The position numbers and the translations under genes were made by a program. Of a stretch of DNA of 64,000 nt, positions 1 through 9,352 are shown piece by piece. Below the pieces are notes generated by a model. The model ran no database searches. It worked only from the letters and a program-made list of their open reading frames with translations, and was not told where the DNA came from. Source of the DNA: Abditibacteriaceae bacterium (lineage in GTDB: Bacteria; Armatimonadota; Abditibacteriia; Abditibacteriales; Abditibacteriaceae); NCBI GenBank assembly GCA_965277285.1, contig OZ255721.1, forward strand, positions 2,624,001-2,688,000. The letters run 5' to 3'. Positions within the stretch are counted from its first letter, which is position 1; every line of letters starts with the position of its first letter.

Positions 1-405
1 GCTCAAGTCGCTGGCGATGGCTCGTTGCAGGTTCAGGTGCCCGAAAATGTTGCTCTGGGACACGACGACATGGAAGTGTATCGTTTGGCGTTGCGCATCT
101 GGCTGGCGCCGTTCGATATGGGCGTGTCGCAGGACGCCGATATTTTGCTGATGCCATCGCAGGAAGAGGGCTTGTATGAAATGCAATTGCGCCTGGTGCG
201 GCGCAGTGGCGAAACTTCGGCCTGGCAACGCGTCAATCGCGGCTTCATCGGCGATCTGCGCCGCCAATTGCTGTTGTGGCGCACCATCAAACCCGAAGTG
301 CAACGCGCTTATATTCAGCGCGGTCGCGTCCATGTTCGCGGCGAACTTTTGCCCGGCGAATTGCCAGCGGAAGCACCCACCAGTTCGGTTTCAACAATCG
401 CTTAG
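1..405 (+). CDS. C-terminal fragment of a probable large FtsX-like ABC permease family protein (runs off window start)
   Basis: Frame is open from base 1. The C-terminus WLAPFDMGVSQ...W.RVNRGFIGDLRRQLLLWR resembles, from memory, large permeases found next to OPT-family genes. Confidence 0.5.
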   Translation, partial: AQVAGDGSLQVQVPENVALGHDDMEVYRLALRIWLAPFDMGVSQDADILLMPSQEEGLYEMQLRLVRRSGETSAWQRVNRGFIGDLRRQLLLWRTIKPEVQRAYIQRGRVHVRGELLPGELPAEAPTSSVSTIA

Positions 406-471
406 TTTTTCGGATTCGAGTACTCGAAGTGACGCTCGTAGTATCGTGTGTCGCTAAAAGAGAGGAAATCT

Positions 472-2565
472 ATGGAAATGGCATCCAAGCCATCATTGTC
501 GTCAAGTGCTTCGCTTTTGCCCGGAGAAGCGCCATCGCTCGAACCTTTGAACGAAACGCCCGCCCAAGATGTCGCGGCGGAATTGGACGAGCCATTTATT
601 GATGGCTTCGGCTGGGGCACGGTCGCGGGCGCGCTTTTCATCGGCCTCATTATGATGCCGGGCGCGATTTATCTCAGCCTGATTTCAGGTTTGGGATTGG
701 GCGCCGCCGCGGAATGGGTCACGGTCATTTTGTTTTTGGAAGTCGCGCGCCGCTCCTACCAGACCTTGAAAAAGCAGGAGCTTTATCTGCTTTATTACAT
801 GGGCGCCAACCTGACGGCGCAGGTCGCGGGTGTCGCGCTGGCGGGCGGCGTTTTCGCCAACATGATCTGGAACCAGTACACGGTTCACTCGCAGGTCGCG
901 CAACAGTTGGGAATCACGCAAGGCTTGGAGCGCGAAGGCGCCAATTGGGTCGCGCCTTTTGCCAATTCACCGGCACTGGCGCAGCGCACGTTCTTTCATC
1001 CCGATTGGCTACCTGCCATCGCCATGATGGGCGTCACGCTCGTTTTGAGCCGTCTGGTCTGGTGGGGTTTGGGTTATGTGATGTTCCGCCTCACATCCGA
1101 TGTGGAAAAACTGCCGTTTCCGATGGCGAGCATCGCGTCAGAAGGCGCGACGGCTTTGGCCGAATCGTCTTCGCAGAAAGAAGGTTGGCGCTGGCGCATC
1201 TTTTCCATTGGCGCCATGATGGGCGTCGGTTGGGGCGCGATTTATATTTTGCTGCCCGCCGTCACCGGCATCATGTTTAACGGCAATCCGATTGTCATCC
1301 TCAGCGTGCCGTTCATCGACCTGACATCGAGTACTCAAGGCATCTTGCCTGCCGCGCGGGTGGCGATTGGTACCGACATCGGCGCGATTTTGATCGGTTT
1401 CGTTTTGCCTCTGCCGGTTGTCGTCGGAATGTTTATCGCCTGCATTGGCTGTCAGATTTTTGGTAATCCGATTTTATACAACGGCGGCATTCTGCAACGT
1501 TTGGGTTATCACGGAGGCTTGCTGCACACTTGGACGCCAGGCACCGACTACATTCAAACCGGTGTCGTCAACAACCTCGATTTCTGGCTGTCCTTCGGTA
1601 TCGGCACCTCGGCAGCTATCGGTATTATCGGCATTTCCAGCGCCGTAATCGCTCTCACCAAAAACAGTCGACGAGGCGGAAAAAAAGAGCGAACCAGTTT
1701 TGCTCCTCCGCCCGGGCGCGGCGACATCTCAATCTGGATCGCATTGGGCGCTTGGTTCCTCGGCACGGTTGGGTTTATTGGAGTTTGTCATCGTGTCGTT
1801 CCCAGTTTTCCGATTCCCATTCTCGCGTTTTTCGGTTTTGTGTGGACGCCGCTGATTTCCTATATCAGCGCGCGCATGGCCGGCATTGCGGGACAGAACG
1901 CCGACATTCCGTTTGTGCGCGAAGCGTCCTTTATGATGGCTGGTGGCGGCAGCACGGCGATCTGGTTCGCGCCCATTCCCTTGAATAATGTCGGCGGCAT
2001 GGCGCAGCAGTTCCGCACTGTGGAATTGGCGCGCGTCAAATTTTCTTCGCTCATCAAAGTCGAATTACTGATGATTCCCGTCATGCTCGTTTGCTCGTTT
2101 ATATTCTGGAACTTCATCTGGCGACTGGCGCCGATTCCATCTTCGGTTTACCCTTTTGCTTCCAAGTTTTGGCCCGCAGGCGCACAAACGCAATTGATCT
2201 TCATGACGGCAAACCGCGCTGGCGCCGGCAACATCTTCCTGCAAAAAGTGATTCATCCTCATGTCATAGCAACAGGCGGCATTCTCACATTCCTCTTGTT
2301 CGGCATCACGATTCTGGCGGGATTGCCGCAGTTCTTTTTCTACGGCTTCATCAGCGGCACGCAAGCTGATCCTTCCGGTATCATTTTGATGTTCATCGGC
2401 GCCATGCTGGGACGTTACTACTTTGAAAAGCGCTATGGCACCGAAAACTGGCGTTCTTACACGCCGGTTCTGGCCGCTGGATATTACTGCGGCATGGGAC
2501 TCATCGGCATGGCCGCGGTCAGCCTCGCGCTGCTTTCAAAAAGCGTTTCTCCCCTACCGTTCTAA
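472..2565 (+). CDS. OPT-family oligopeptide transporter-like polytopic membrane protein
   Basis: Many TM segments; DVEKLPFPMA motif; AGAGG SD before ATG 472 (track start 448). Confidence 0.75.
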   Translation: MEMASKPSLSSSASLLPGEAPSLEPLNETPAQDVAAELDEPFIDGFGWGTVAGALFIGLIMMPGAIYLSLISGLGLGAAAEWVTVILFLEVARRSYQTLKKQELYLLYYMGANLTAQVAGVALAGGVFANMIWNQYTVHSQVAQQLGITQGLEREGANWVAPFANSPALAQRTFFHPDWLPAIAMMGVTLVLSRLVWWGLGYVMFRLTSDVEKLPFPMASIASEGATALAESSSQKEGWRWRIFSIGAMMGVGWGAIYILLPAVTGIMFNGNPIVILSVPFIDLTSSTQGILPAARVAIGTDIGAILIGFVLPLPVVVGMFIACIGCQIFGNPILYNGGILQRLGYHGGLLHTWTPGTDYIQTGVVNNLDFWLSFGIGTSAAIGIIGISSAVIALTKNSRRGGKKERTSFAPPPGRGDISIWIALGAWFLGTVGFIGVCHRVVPSFPIPILAFFGFVWTPLISYISARMAGIAGQNADIPFVREASFMMAGGGSTAIWFAPIPLNNVGGMAQQFRTVELARVKFSSLIKVELLMIPVMLVCSFIFWNFIWRLAPIPSSVYPFASKFWPAGAQTQLIFMTANRAGAGNIFLQKVIHPHVIATGGILTFLLFGITILAGLPQFFFYGFISGTQADPSGIILMFIGAMLGRYYFEKRYGTENWRSYTPVLAAGYYCGMGLIGMAAVSLALLSKSVSPLPF

Positions 2566-2578
2566 TCCGCTGTAACCC

Positions 2579-2619
2579 AAGAAAAAGCCGCGAACACATA
2601 AAGTTCGCGGCTTTTTCTT
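2579..2619. terminator. Intrinsic terminator after OPT gene
   Basis: AAGAAAAAGCCGCGAAC-loop-GTTCGCGGCTTTTTCTT. Confidence 0.85.
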
Positions 2620-2896
2620 TGCCGATTTCCTCAATCGAGTACTCGAATCGCTCTTCCAAGAAGAAAGTTTGACTACAAGTCGTCTCATCAATAACCCAAG
2701 TTGCTCCTTATCGTTCTATCATTGTCTACGAGTGAGCTATCACTTTAGCCCCGCGCTGACACTTGGAGTTCGTTAACAACTACTGCCATCTTTTCCCAAC
2801 GAAGACGATGGACGATTACAATTGGTTAAACTGTGCGCGTTCGATTTCGACATCGAATTTTCTATCTCACATCATTTCACAGCAAAAGGTTTCCTT

Positions 2897-3262
2897 GTGT
2901 CACGTACATCCATTAGTTTTGGCGTCATCCTGATTTTGCTCGGCGCCGTCTTTTATTTCAAAACTGGAATGCACCCGACGGCCCTGATTCCCAGCGTCAT
3001 CGGCTTCATTCTGGCGATTTGCGGCGTGGTTGGCGCTCAGGAACTACGCCGCAAACACGCGATGCACGCTGCCGCTGGCGTCGCTTTGCTCGGATTTCTG
3101 GGCTGCATCGACGGCGTAATTAAAACGGTGCGTCTTGTTTTCGGCACTGCTGTTACGCGTCCCGAAGCACAGTATGAAAAAGCTTTGACCGCGCTAATTT
3201 GCGCCGCTTTTCTTTTCTTATGCGTTCAATCGTTTCGCGCCGCGCGTAGCGTATCTCGTTGA
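2897..3262 (+). CDS. Small 4-TM membrane protein
   Basis: Four hydrophobic helices, TALIP and KHAMH motifs; GTG at 2897 after AAAGG (track start 2822). Confidence 0.7.
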   Translation: MSRTSISFGVILILLGAVFYFKTGMHPTALIPSVIGFILAICGVVGAQELRRKHAMHAAAGVALLGFLGCIDGVIKTVRLVFGTAVTRPEAQYEKALTALICAAFLFLCVQSFRAARSVSR

Positions 3263-3390
3263 AATGATGTCAATCAAGACAGTGGCCGCATTCATCGAAC
3301 TCCGACGAATGCGGCCATTTGATTTTAAAACGATGGAATTAAAGTCATCGACTATCATTTTGACGGGCGTCGTTTTCGCCAGGAACTTTT

Positions 3391-4401
3391 ATGCAACTAC
3401 AGTATTTCTTGGGTTTCGATGGCGGCGGTACACGCACGCGCGCTGTTGTCGTTCAATTTGAAAGCAGCACCAAAATCAACGAAGACAACAACATTCGCGT
3501 ACTCGGGCGCGGCGAAGCTGGCTCAAGCAATCATTACAGCGCTGGTTTGAACGCAGCCATTGAAAACATTCGCTTGGCCGCACGAGATGCCGTTCAACAA
3601 AGCAGCCTTCAATTTCATCAAATTGTGGGCTGGGGTTTGGGCCTTGCGGGAGCCTGCACCTCGCTCGAACAAAAAATGCTGCGAGAACATATCGCGCCTC
3701 TGGCTCAAGGCATTCCGATTTTCGTAGATGAAGATGTCGCCGCCGCACACGCTGGAGCGTTCGCCACGTTTTCCAACTCTGCGATAGACAACAACTTGCA
3801 AGGCTCCATTCAAAACAACGTCGTTCAAATTCGTTCCGGCGTTATTTGTATTGCGGGAACGGGCGCCAATAGTTTCGGCATTGGCGACGAGGGACAACGC
3901 GCGCGCGCTGATGGACTGGGGCCGCTTTTGGGAGATCGCGGCAGCGGTTATCGCATTGGCGAAGCGGCTTTAAGAGCCTTGTGCAGTGCCGATGATGGAA
4001 GTGGCCCGCCAACTTCTCTCCAATATCGAGTACTCGATTCCTTGCAAGTGGCTTCCATTGACGATTTGGTGCCGCTCGTCTACAATCCTAACTTCACCAA
4101 AGACCAAATCGCGGCTTTGTTTCCCGTTGTTTTGTCCTGTGCCCAAGACGGCGACGCCGTTGCGTCATCGCTGCTTCATCAAGCCGGATGCGAACTGGCT
4201 GCCACCTGTCACAGCGTTTTGCAACAGTGCAAAACATCTCGTGTCGCTTTAAGCGGCGGTCTTATCTCGCACTACACACCTGTGCGCGCCTCTTTAGAAT
4301 TGAAGTTGCGACGACATCATGCGTCACTCGAAATCATTGATCCCGTCTACGAAGCCGACATCGGCGCCGCACTTCTCGCCTATCATTATGTGAATATTTG
4401 A
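3391..4401 (+). CDS. BadF/BadG/BcrA/BcrD-family ATPase (N-acetylglucosamine kinase-like)
   Basis: GFDGGGTRT, IAGTG, GPLLGDRGSGY, LSGG motifs. Confidence 0.85.
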   Translation: MQLQYFLGFDGGGTRTRAVVVQFESSTKINEDNNIRVLGRGEAGSSNHYSAGLNAAIENIRLAARDAVQQSSLQFHQIVGWGLGLAGACTSLEQKMLREHIAPLAQGIPIFVDEDVAAAHAGAFATFSNSAIDNNLQGSIQNNVVQIRSGVICIAGTGANSFGIGDEGQRARADGLGPLLGDRGSGYRIGEAALRALCSADDGSGPPTSLQYRVLDSLQVASIDDLVPLVYNPNFTKDQIAALFPVVLSCAQDGDAVASSLLHQAGCELAATCHSVLQQCKTSRVALSGGLISHYTPVRASLELKLRRHHASLEIIDPVYEADIGAALLAYHYVNI

Positions 4402-4449
4402 GAGCATGAGCATTTATGCAAATATCAACGTATTGAGCTAAGATTTGTT

Positions 4450-5370
4450 TTACGGATGAGCGGCTCCGATAAGTTCGTTAATATGAGCAACGCCGTTGTT
4501 CTTCATATATTCACGAAGGCCAGCGAGGATGTCGAGAGTCGCGCGCGGCTGGACAAAGTTGGCCGTTCCGACTTGAACGGCGCTGGCGCCGGCTAATAGA
4601 AACTCTACGGCATCGTTGGCTGTTGTGATACCTCCAATGCCGATCAGAGGAATTTTGACGGCCTGCGCGCATCGATAAACGGCATGCAAGGCCAAGGGTT
4701 TAATCGCGGGGCCGCTCAATCCGCCGCTGATGTTGGAAAGTCGTGGACGACGCATGCGTGTATCAATCGACATCCCGACAAACGTATTCACCAGCGATAA
4801 AGCGTGTGAACCTCCACGTTCAGCAGCGCGCGCGATCAGTGTAACGTCAGTGACATTGGGCGAAAGCTTGGTAAATACAGGCAAATGCGTTGCTTGTCGT
4901 ACATGAGAGACGACCTCTTCGGTCAGTGCCGGATCGGTGGCGAAATCCAACCCGTGCGCCACATTGGGACAAGAAATATTTAGTTCGATAGCCCCAACGC
5001 CTGCTACGTCGCTGAGTGCTCGCGTCAGAAAAGCAAAGTCCTCGACCGATTCACCCGCGATATTTACGATCAGCGGCACATCAATGTCACGAAAGAAGGG
5101 CAATTTTTCACTGATAAATTTTTCAATGCCTACATTTTGCAGGCCAATGGCGTTCAACATCCCCGAAGCGGTTTCGCAGGTGCGTGGCGGTGGGTTACCA
5201 GCACGCGGGTGGCGCGTCACAGTTTTACAAACAAGGCCACCTAAGTGAGACAGCTCCACAAAAGATGCCATTTCCTGACCGTAGCCAAACGTACCCGACG
5301 CAGTAAGAACCGGATTTTTTAAGGCCAACGGCCCCAACTGCACATTCAACAAGAGATTATCTTCTACCAT
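4450..5370 (-). CDS. pyrD: Dihydroorotate dehydrogenase 1B catalytic subunit
   Basis: ASGTFGYG, MLNAIGLQN, ELNISCPNV, KLSPNVTD, GGLSGPAIKP. Confidence 0.95.
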   Translation of the reverse strand: MVEDNLLLNVQLGPLALKNPVLTASGTFGYGQEMASFVELSHLGGLVCKTVTRHPRAGNPPPRTCETASGMLNAIGLQNVGIEKFISEKLPFFRDIDVPLIVNIAGESVEDFAFLTRALSDVAGVGAIELNISCPNVAHGLDFATDPALTEEVVSHVRQATHLPVFTKLSPNVTDVTLIARAAERGGSHALSLVNTFVGMSIDTRMRRPRLSNISGGLSGPAIKPLALHAVYRCAQAVKIPLIGIGGITTANDAVEFLLAGASAVQVGTANFVQPRATLDILAGLREYMKNNGVAHINELIGAAHP

Positions 5371-6215
5371 TTGATTTCATGCGCCCACATCACGGGGCCG
5401 TCAACGCAGATGCGCCGATAGATCGAGTACTCATCATCAGTTTGCAGCACGGGAACCACGCACCCATTACAAATTCCTATACCGCAAGGCATATTCTCTT
5501 CCAGAGATACCTGACAGCGCACTTGAAAACGTGAACACAAGCCCGCCACCGCTCGCAACATAGCCAACGGCCCACAGGCGTAAACCGTTAATTCGTCGGA
5601 CGCATTGGCGTTCACCACCATCAAGTTTTGCGCTGCACGCTCAGTCAAATATCGCAAAAGCAGTTGAGTGACTTGTCCAGGTTCGCCAAAGCTACCATCA
5701 TCAGTCGCTACTTCGACATCGACTTGAAATTCTCGAAAGTCTTTCAGGCACAGCACATCATCACTTGTACGCGCGCCAATCAGCATCTTGATTGACTTCT
5801 CTTCTCTCATATTACGAACCTGTTGCACCAACATTACCATTGGCGGAACGCCAACACCACCACCAACCATAATCATTTTCGCCGTGGGAGGTGCGAACGA
5901 TTGTCCCAGAGGACCTAAAAAGTCGATTTCTTCTCCCGCCTGTTTATGCGATAGTAACCAGGTTCCCCGCCCCTCAATTCGATAAAGAATAACGATACAT
6001 TCATCTTCAACTCGCATGATCGAGAAGGCACGACGCAATAAAGGATCCGATGAGGAATTATCGCGTGGCAAAACATGGATGAACTGACCAGCCTGCGCTT
6101 TCTTCGCCACGTCAGGAGCCAGAATTTTCATGCGCCTGTAAACTGTCGTCTCCACATCATGAGACACGATCCGCCCACATTGAATTTTCCCCGTTCCCAA
6201 TCCTACTTCGCTCAT
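5364..6215 (-). CDS. pyrK: Dihydroorotate dehydrogenase electron-transfer subunit
   Basis: LRRAFSI, VGGGVGVPP, ACGP, MPCGIGICNGC...CVDGPV 2Fe-2S motif; adjacent to pyrD. Confidence 0.92.
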   Translation of the reverse strand: MSEVGLGTGKIQCGRIVSHDVETTVYRRMKILAPDVAKKAQAGQFIHVLPRDNSSSDPLLRRAFSIMRVEDECIVILYRIEGRGTWLLSHKQAGEEIDFLGPLGQSFAPPTAKMIMVGGGVGVPPMVMLVQQVRNMREEKSIKMLIGARTSDDVLCLKDFREFQVDVEVATDDGSFGEPGQVTQLLLRYLTERAAQNLMVVNANASDELTVYACGPLAMLRAVAGLCSRFQVRCQVSLEENMPCGIGICNGCVVPVLQTDDEYSIYRRICVDGPVMWAHEIKW

Positions 6216-6272
6216 AATTTTCTCACATAACTCGTATATTAATCCTTGTTGCAAAATCACGAGCTGCTATCT

Positions 6273-6791
6273 TCACGCATCATTTACTGCTGTCGGCTGA
6301 ACAGCATTTTGGTCTCGCCGTGCGTCGCTATCTCGTCTGGTGCGACGCGAAATACGATCCAGCAACTGCGCGAAACGTTTTACGTCATCAAATCTCTGAT
6401 ACACCGAAGCAAAGCGCACATAAGCGACCTCATCCAATAAAAGAAGCCTGTCCATGACCATTTCGCCCACGCGTTCCGCACTAACTTCGGAGATCGCTTC
6501 GCTCCGCAGGTCGCTTTCGACGGATTCTACCAAGCGCGACACGCTTTCCGTGGACACAGGGCGTTTATTGCACGCTTTGGACACGCCATTGCGCAGCTTC
6601 TCAAGCGAAAACTCTTCACGGCGTCCATCTTTCTTTACGACAACAACCGTACTGTGAAGCGCGCGCTCGTGCGTTGTAAATCGGGCATGACAAAAGTCGC
6701 ATTGCCTTCGTCGTCGCAGTAAGTTCCCGTCTTCGGCGGGCCTCGAATCAACTACGCGTGTTTCCATCCGACCGCAATGAGGACATTTCAT
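6273..6791 (-). CDS. nrdR: Transcriptional repressor NrdR
   Basis: MKCPHCG..TRVVDSR..RRRQC..RFTTHE, ATP cone, VAYVRFASVY. Confidence 0.96.
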   Translation of the reverse strand: MKCPHCGRMETRVVDSRPAEDGNLLRRRRQCDFCHARFTTHERALHSTVVVVKKDGRREEFSLEKLRNGVSKACNKRPVSTESVSRLVESVESDLRSEAISEVSAERVGEMVMDRLLLLDEVAYVRFASVYQRFDDVKRFAQLLDRISRRTRRDSDARRDQNAVQPTAVNDA

Positions 6792-6872
6792 AATAATCGG
6801 TTACAAAAAACGCAGAACATATTAGGGACGCAGGAATTCTCATTAACAAAAAACTTGATTGCGACAGCCGGA

Positions 6873-6888
6873 TGTTTCACGTGAAACA
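6873..6888. promoter_or_regulatory. parS site
   Basis: TGTTTCACGTGAAACA, perfect consensus just downstream of the parB stop. Confidence 0.95.
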
Positions 6889-6893
6889 TTCCT

Positions 6894-8087
6894 TTACCCT
6901 GCCATTAAAAGATCAAACAGTCTTTGCAAGTCTGTTTCCGATGAGTACTCGATAACAATTCTGCCACCGCGTGCACCTGACTTCAATTTTGCGCGTGCAC
7001 CCAGCTTCTTTTGCAAGCGTGCTTCAAGTTGTTCGATATGGCGCTTCTTCTCCGACGAAGGTTCCGTTTCTGTCGAAGGTGATGAATTCCTGCTGTTATT
7101 CAATAATTCTTCATTGCGCTCACCAGAATCCGTAGTTTCGCGCGCCGATCGTTCCACTTCTCGAACCGACAAATGATCGCGCATAGTGCGACGGAATAAA
7201 GCGCGGCGTGAACCCTCGCCTTGCGCCAACAAAATGGCGCGACCATGACCTTCGGAGAGATGCCCGTCTTCGATCGCCTTGCGAATTTCTGGCTGCAGGT
7301 CGAGTAAGCGCATTGTATTGGCAACCGCCGAACGGCTTTTACCGACACGATTCGCAATATGTTCTTGCGATAAATGGAACTCATCTGCCAAGCGACGATA
7401 GGCCAGGGCAGCATCAATAGCGCTGATGTCGTGCCGTTGAACGTTCTCGATCAATGCCAATTCCAAAGATTGCAAATCATCGACTGGACGAATGATGGCC
7501 GGAATAGACTGCATTCCTGCACGTTGCGCAGCCCGCCAACGCCGCTCGCCCGCCACCAGCTGGTAAGGTACTGGCCCATTTTGCAAAGGTCTGACAACAA
7601 TCGGTTGAATTACGCCATGTTCTCGAAGCGACGCAGCCAGATTATCAAGTTCCGCTTCGTCAAACGTTCGTCGTGGCTGATAAGGATTGGCTTCAATGTC
7701 AGCTAATTCCACCATGTTCGACTGAATAGCCTTATGGGAATTATTTGCAACAAAGACGCTATCCGATTCGGCTCCACCATCGAAACCTGATAGCGCGTTC
7801 GCACCATTCTCAATGACATTAATAGGATCTTCTAAATTTTCTAAAGAGGCAGGTGATGTTTTTGCGCGAATTATTTCGCTTGGTGGCAGCAGAGCACTGT
7901 CACTTGCCTGCGCATTCTTCTTAATACTCTGCCCACGCACTTTTTTCGTTAATTTCACAGCCGCGTCTGACGAGGTTGCGACGGCAACGGGAGCTTGGTC
8001 ACGCGCCACGCGCCGGAACAATTCCATTTCCTCGTCGGGTATTAAGGCCGACAACCCACGTCCTAAACCGCGCTTCATTAGTGCCAT
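6894..8087 (-). CDS. parB: Chromosome partitioning protein ParB
   Basis: GLGRGLSALI N-terminus, NPYQPR, GERRWRA, ENVQR, HTH with GKSRSAVAN. Confidence 0.96.
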   Translation of the reverse strand: MALMKRGLGRGLSALIPDEEMELFRRVARDQAPVAVATSSDAAVKLTKKVRGQSIKKNAQASDSALLPPSEIIRAKTSPASLENLEDPINVIENGANALSGFDGGAESDSVFVANNSHKAIQSNMVELADIEANPYQPRRTFDEAELDNLAASLREHGVIQPIVVRPLQNGPVPYQLVAGERRWRAAQRAGMQSIPAIIRPVDDLQSLELALIENVQRHDISAIDAALAYRRLADEFHLSQEHIANRVGKSRSAVANTMRLLDLQPEIRKAIEDGHLSEGHGRAILLAQGEGSRRALFRRTMRDHLSVREVERSARETTDSGERNEELLNNSRNSSPSTETEPSSEKKRHIEQLEARLQKKLGARAKLKSGARGGRIVIEYSSETDLQRLFDLLMAG

Positions 8088-8230
8088 ATCACGTTACCTT
8101 TTGTTTTTAAATATACACTTTTCTTATCCGCAAATTTGACAAGAAGGAACACTCGAAGTTTGCCGGTTGCTGGAGCATTCCTTCCTATCCTATGTCAAGA
8201 AGTCTGTGCAAATGAAGTTTTTCATAGTCA

Positions 8231-9139
8231 TCACTTGTTCTTGGCTGGATTTTGGTTTTTTCGCAGTGAAGCTTTACCTTGCGTGACCAAGTTAAGACGT
8301 TCCAACACCTCGATTCCCAAGCGACGATAGGCATCGGCGCCTGGCGAGCGACGATCATAGAGCGCAATAGGTTGACCATGGCTGGGCGCTTCAGCCAGGC
8401 GCACGTTCCGCGGAATCATGGTTTGGAACAAGAGTTGCGAAAAATGTTTTTCCAATTCTTGAGAAACTTGGCCATTAAGTCCCAAGCGGCTTCCATACAT
8501 TGTTCGCACCAAGCCCAATACACTTAGATCGGGATTGAGGCTTCTTTTTATGCGTTCTAAAGTCCGTAGCAACTGACCCAAACCTTCCAGCGCGAAGTAC
8601 TCGCACTGCACGGGAATAATGAGGCGATCGGCGGCTACCAGAGCGTTCACCGTGATAAGAGAAAGTGAAGGTGGTGTGTCAATGAGAATTAAAGGATAGT
8701 CGGGCAGCAAGAGATCGAGTACTCGACGCAGGTCATTGCGTCTCAGATTATCCGCTAATTCTATTTCAGCACCTGCCAAATCAGGAGAGGCACCCACTAC
8801 GCTCAATCCCTCCACTGGCCCCGCAGCTACAGCAGGACGCATGGAAGGTAGTTCCAAGGAACTTGGCAAATCTTCTTTCAACGTGTCATTTAATTCGTTT
8901 AATTGATGTCTCGTCTGAATTCCACTGTTATGCTGCTCTACATCCTCGTTTTTAACAAGACATTGATACAAAGTCGGCTCCGGTAACACGCGAAGTCCAA
9001 CGCCACTCGTCGCATTGCCTTGAGGATCAAGGTCAACCAGGAGAACGCGCTGTCCCCATTGCGCCAGGCTAACTGCCAAATTGATAGCTGTCGTTGTTTT
9101 GCCTACTCCACCTTTTTGGTTAATTACGCTGATTATCAT
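8231..9139 (-). CDS. parA: Chromosome partitioning ATPase ParA/Soj
   Basis: NQKGGVGKTTT, DLDPQGNAT, PVQCEYFALEG, IPRNVRLAEAPSHG. Confidence 0.96.
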   Translation of the reverse strand: MIISVINQKGGVGKTTTAINLAVSLAQWGQRVLLVDLDPQGNATSGVGLRVLPEPTLYQCLVKNEDVEQHNSGIQTRHQLNELNDTLKEDLPSSLELPSMRPAVAAGPVEGLSVVGASPDLAGAEIELADNLRRNDLRRVLDLLLPDYPLILIDTPPSLSLITVNALVAADRLIIPVQCEYFALEGLGQLLRTLERIKRSLNPDLSVLGLVRTMYGSRLGLNGQVSQELEKHFSQLLFQTMIPRNVRLAEAPSHGQPIALYDRRSPGADAYRRLGIEVLERLNLVTQGKASLRKNQNPAKNK

Positions 9140-9314
9140 AAGTAAATTGGAGACGTCTCCGACGCGCTACAAATGTTTCTGGTTCATAGCCTTTTTAATC
9201 TTGTTAATTGTAGTCGCAGTGTAACGTTTCTAACAAGGCAGTTCATCTTTATTAGGCGAGGCCAAGGATTAAACGACAATGAACTATAGGTGATGATAGA
9301 AAAACAACAGTGAA

Positions 9315-9330
9315 TGTTTCACGTGAAACA
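9315..9330. promoter_or_regulatory. parS site at the centre of a 44-bp perfect palindrome (9301-9344)
   Basis: AAAACAACAGTGAA-TGTTTCACGTGAAACA-TTCACTGTTGTTTT. Confidence 0.95.
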
Positions 9331-9352
9331 TTCACTGTTGTTTTAGATCGCG

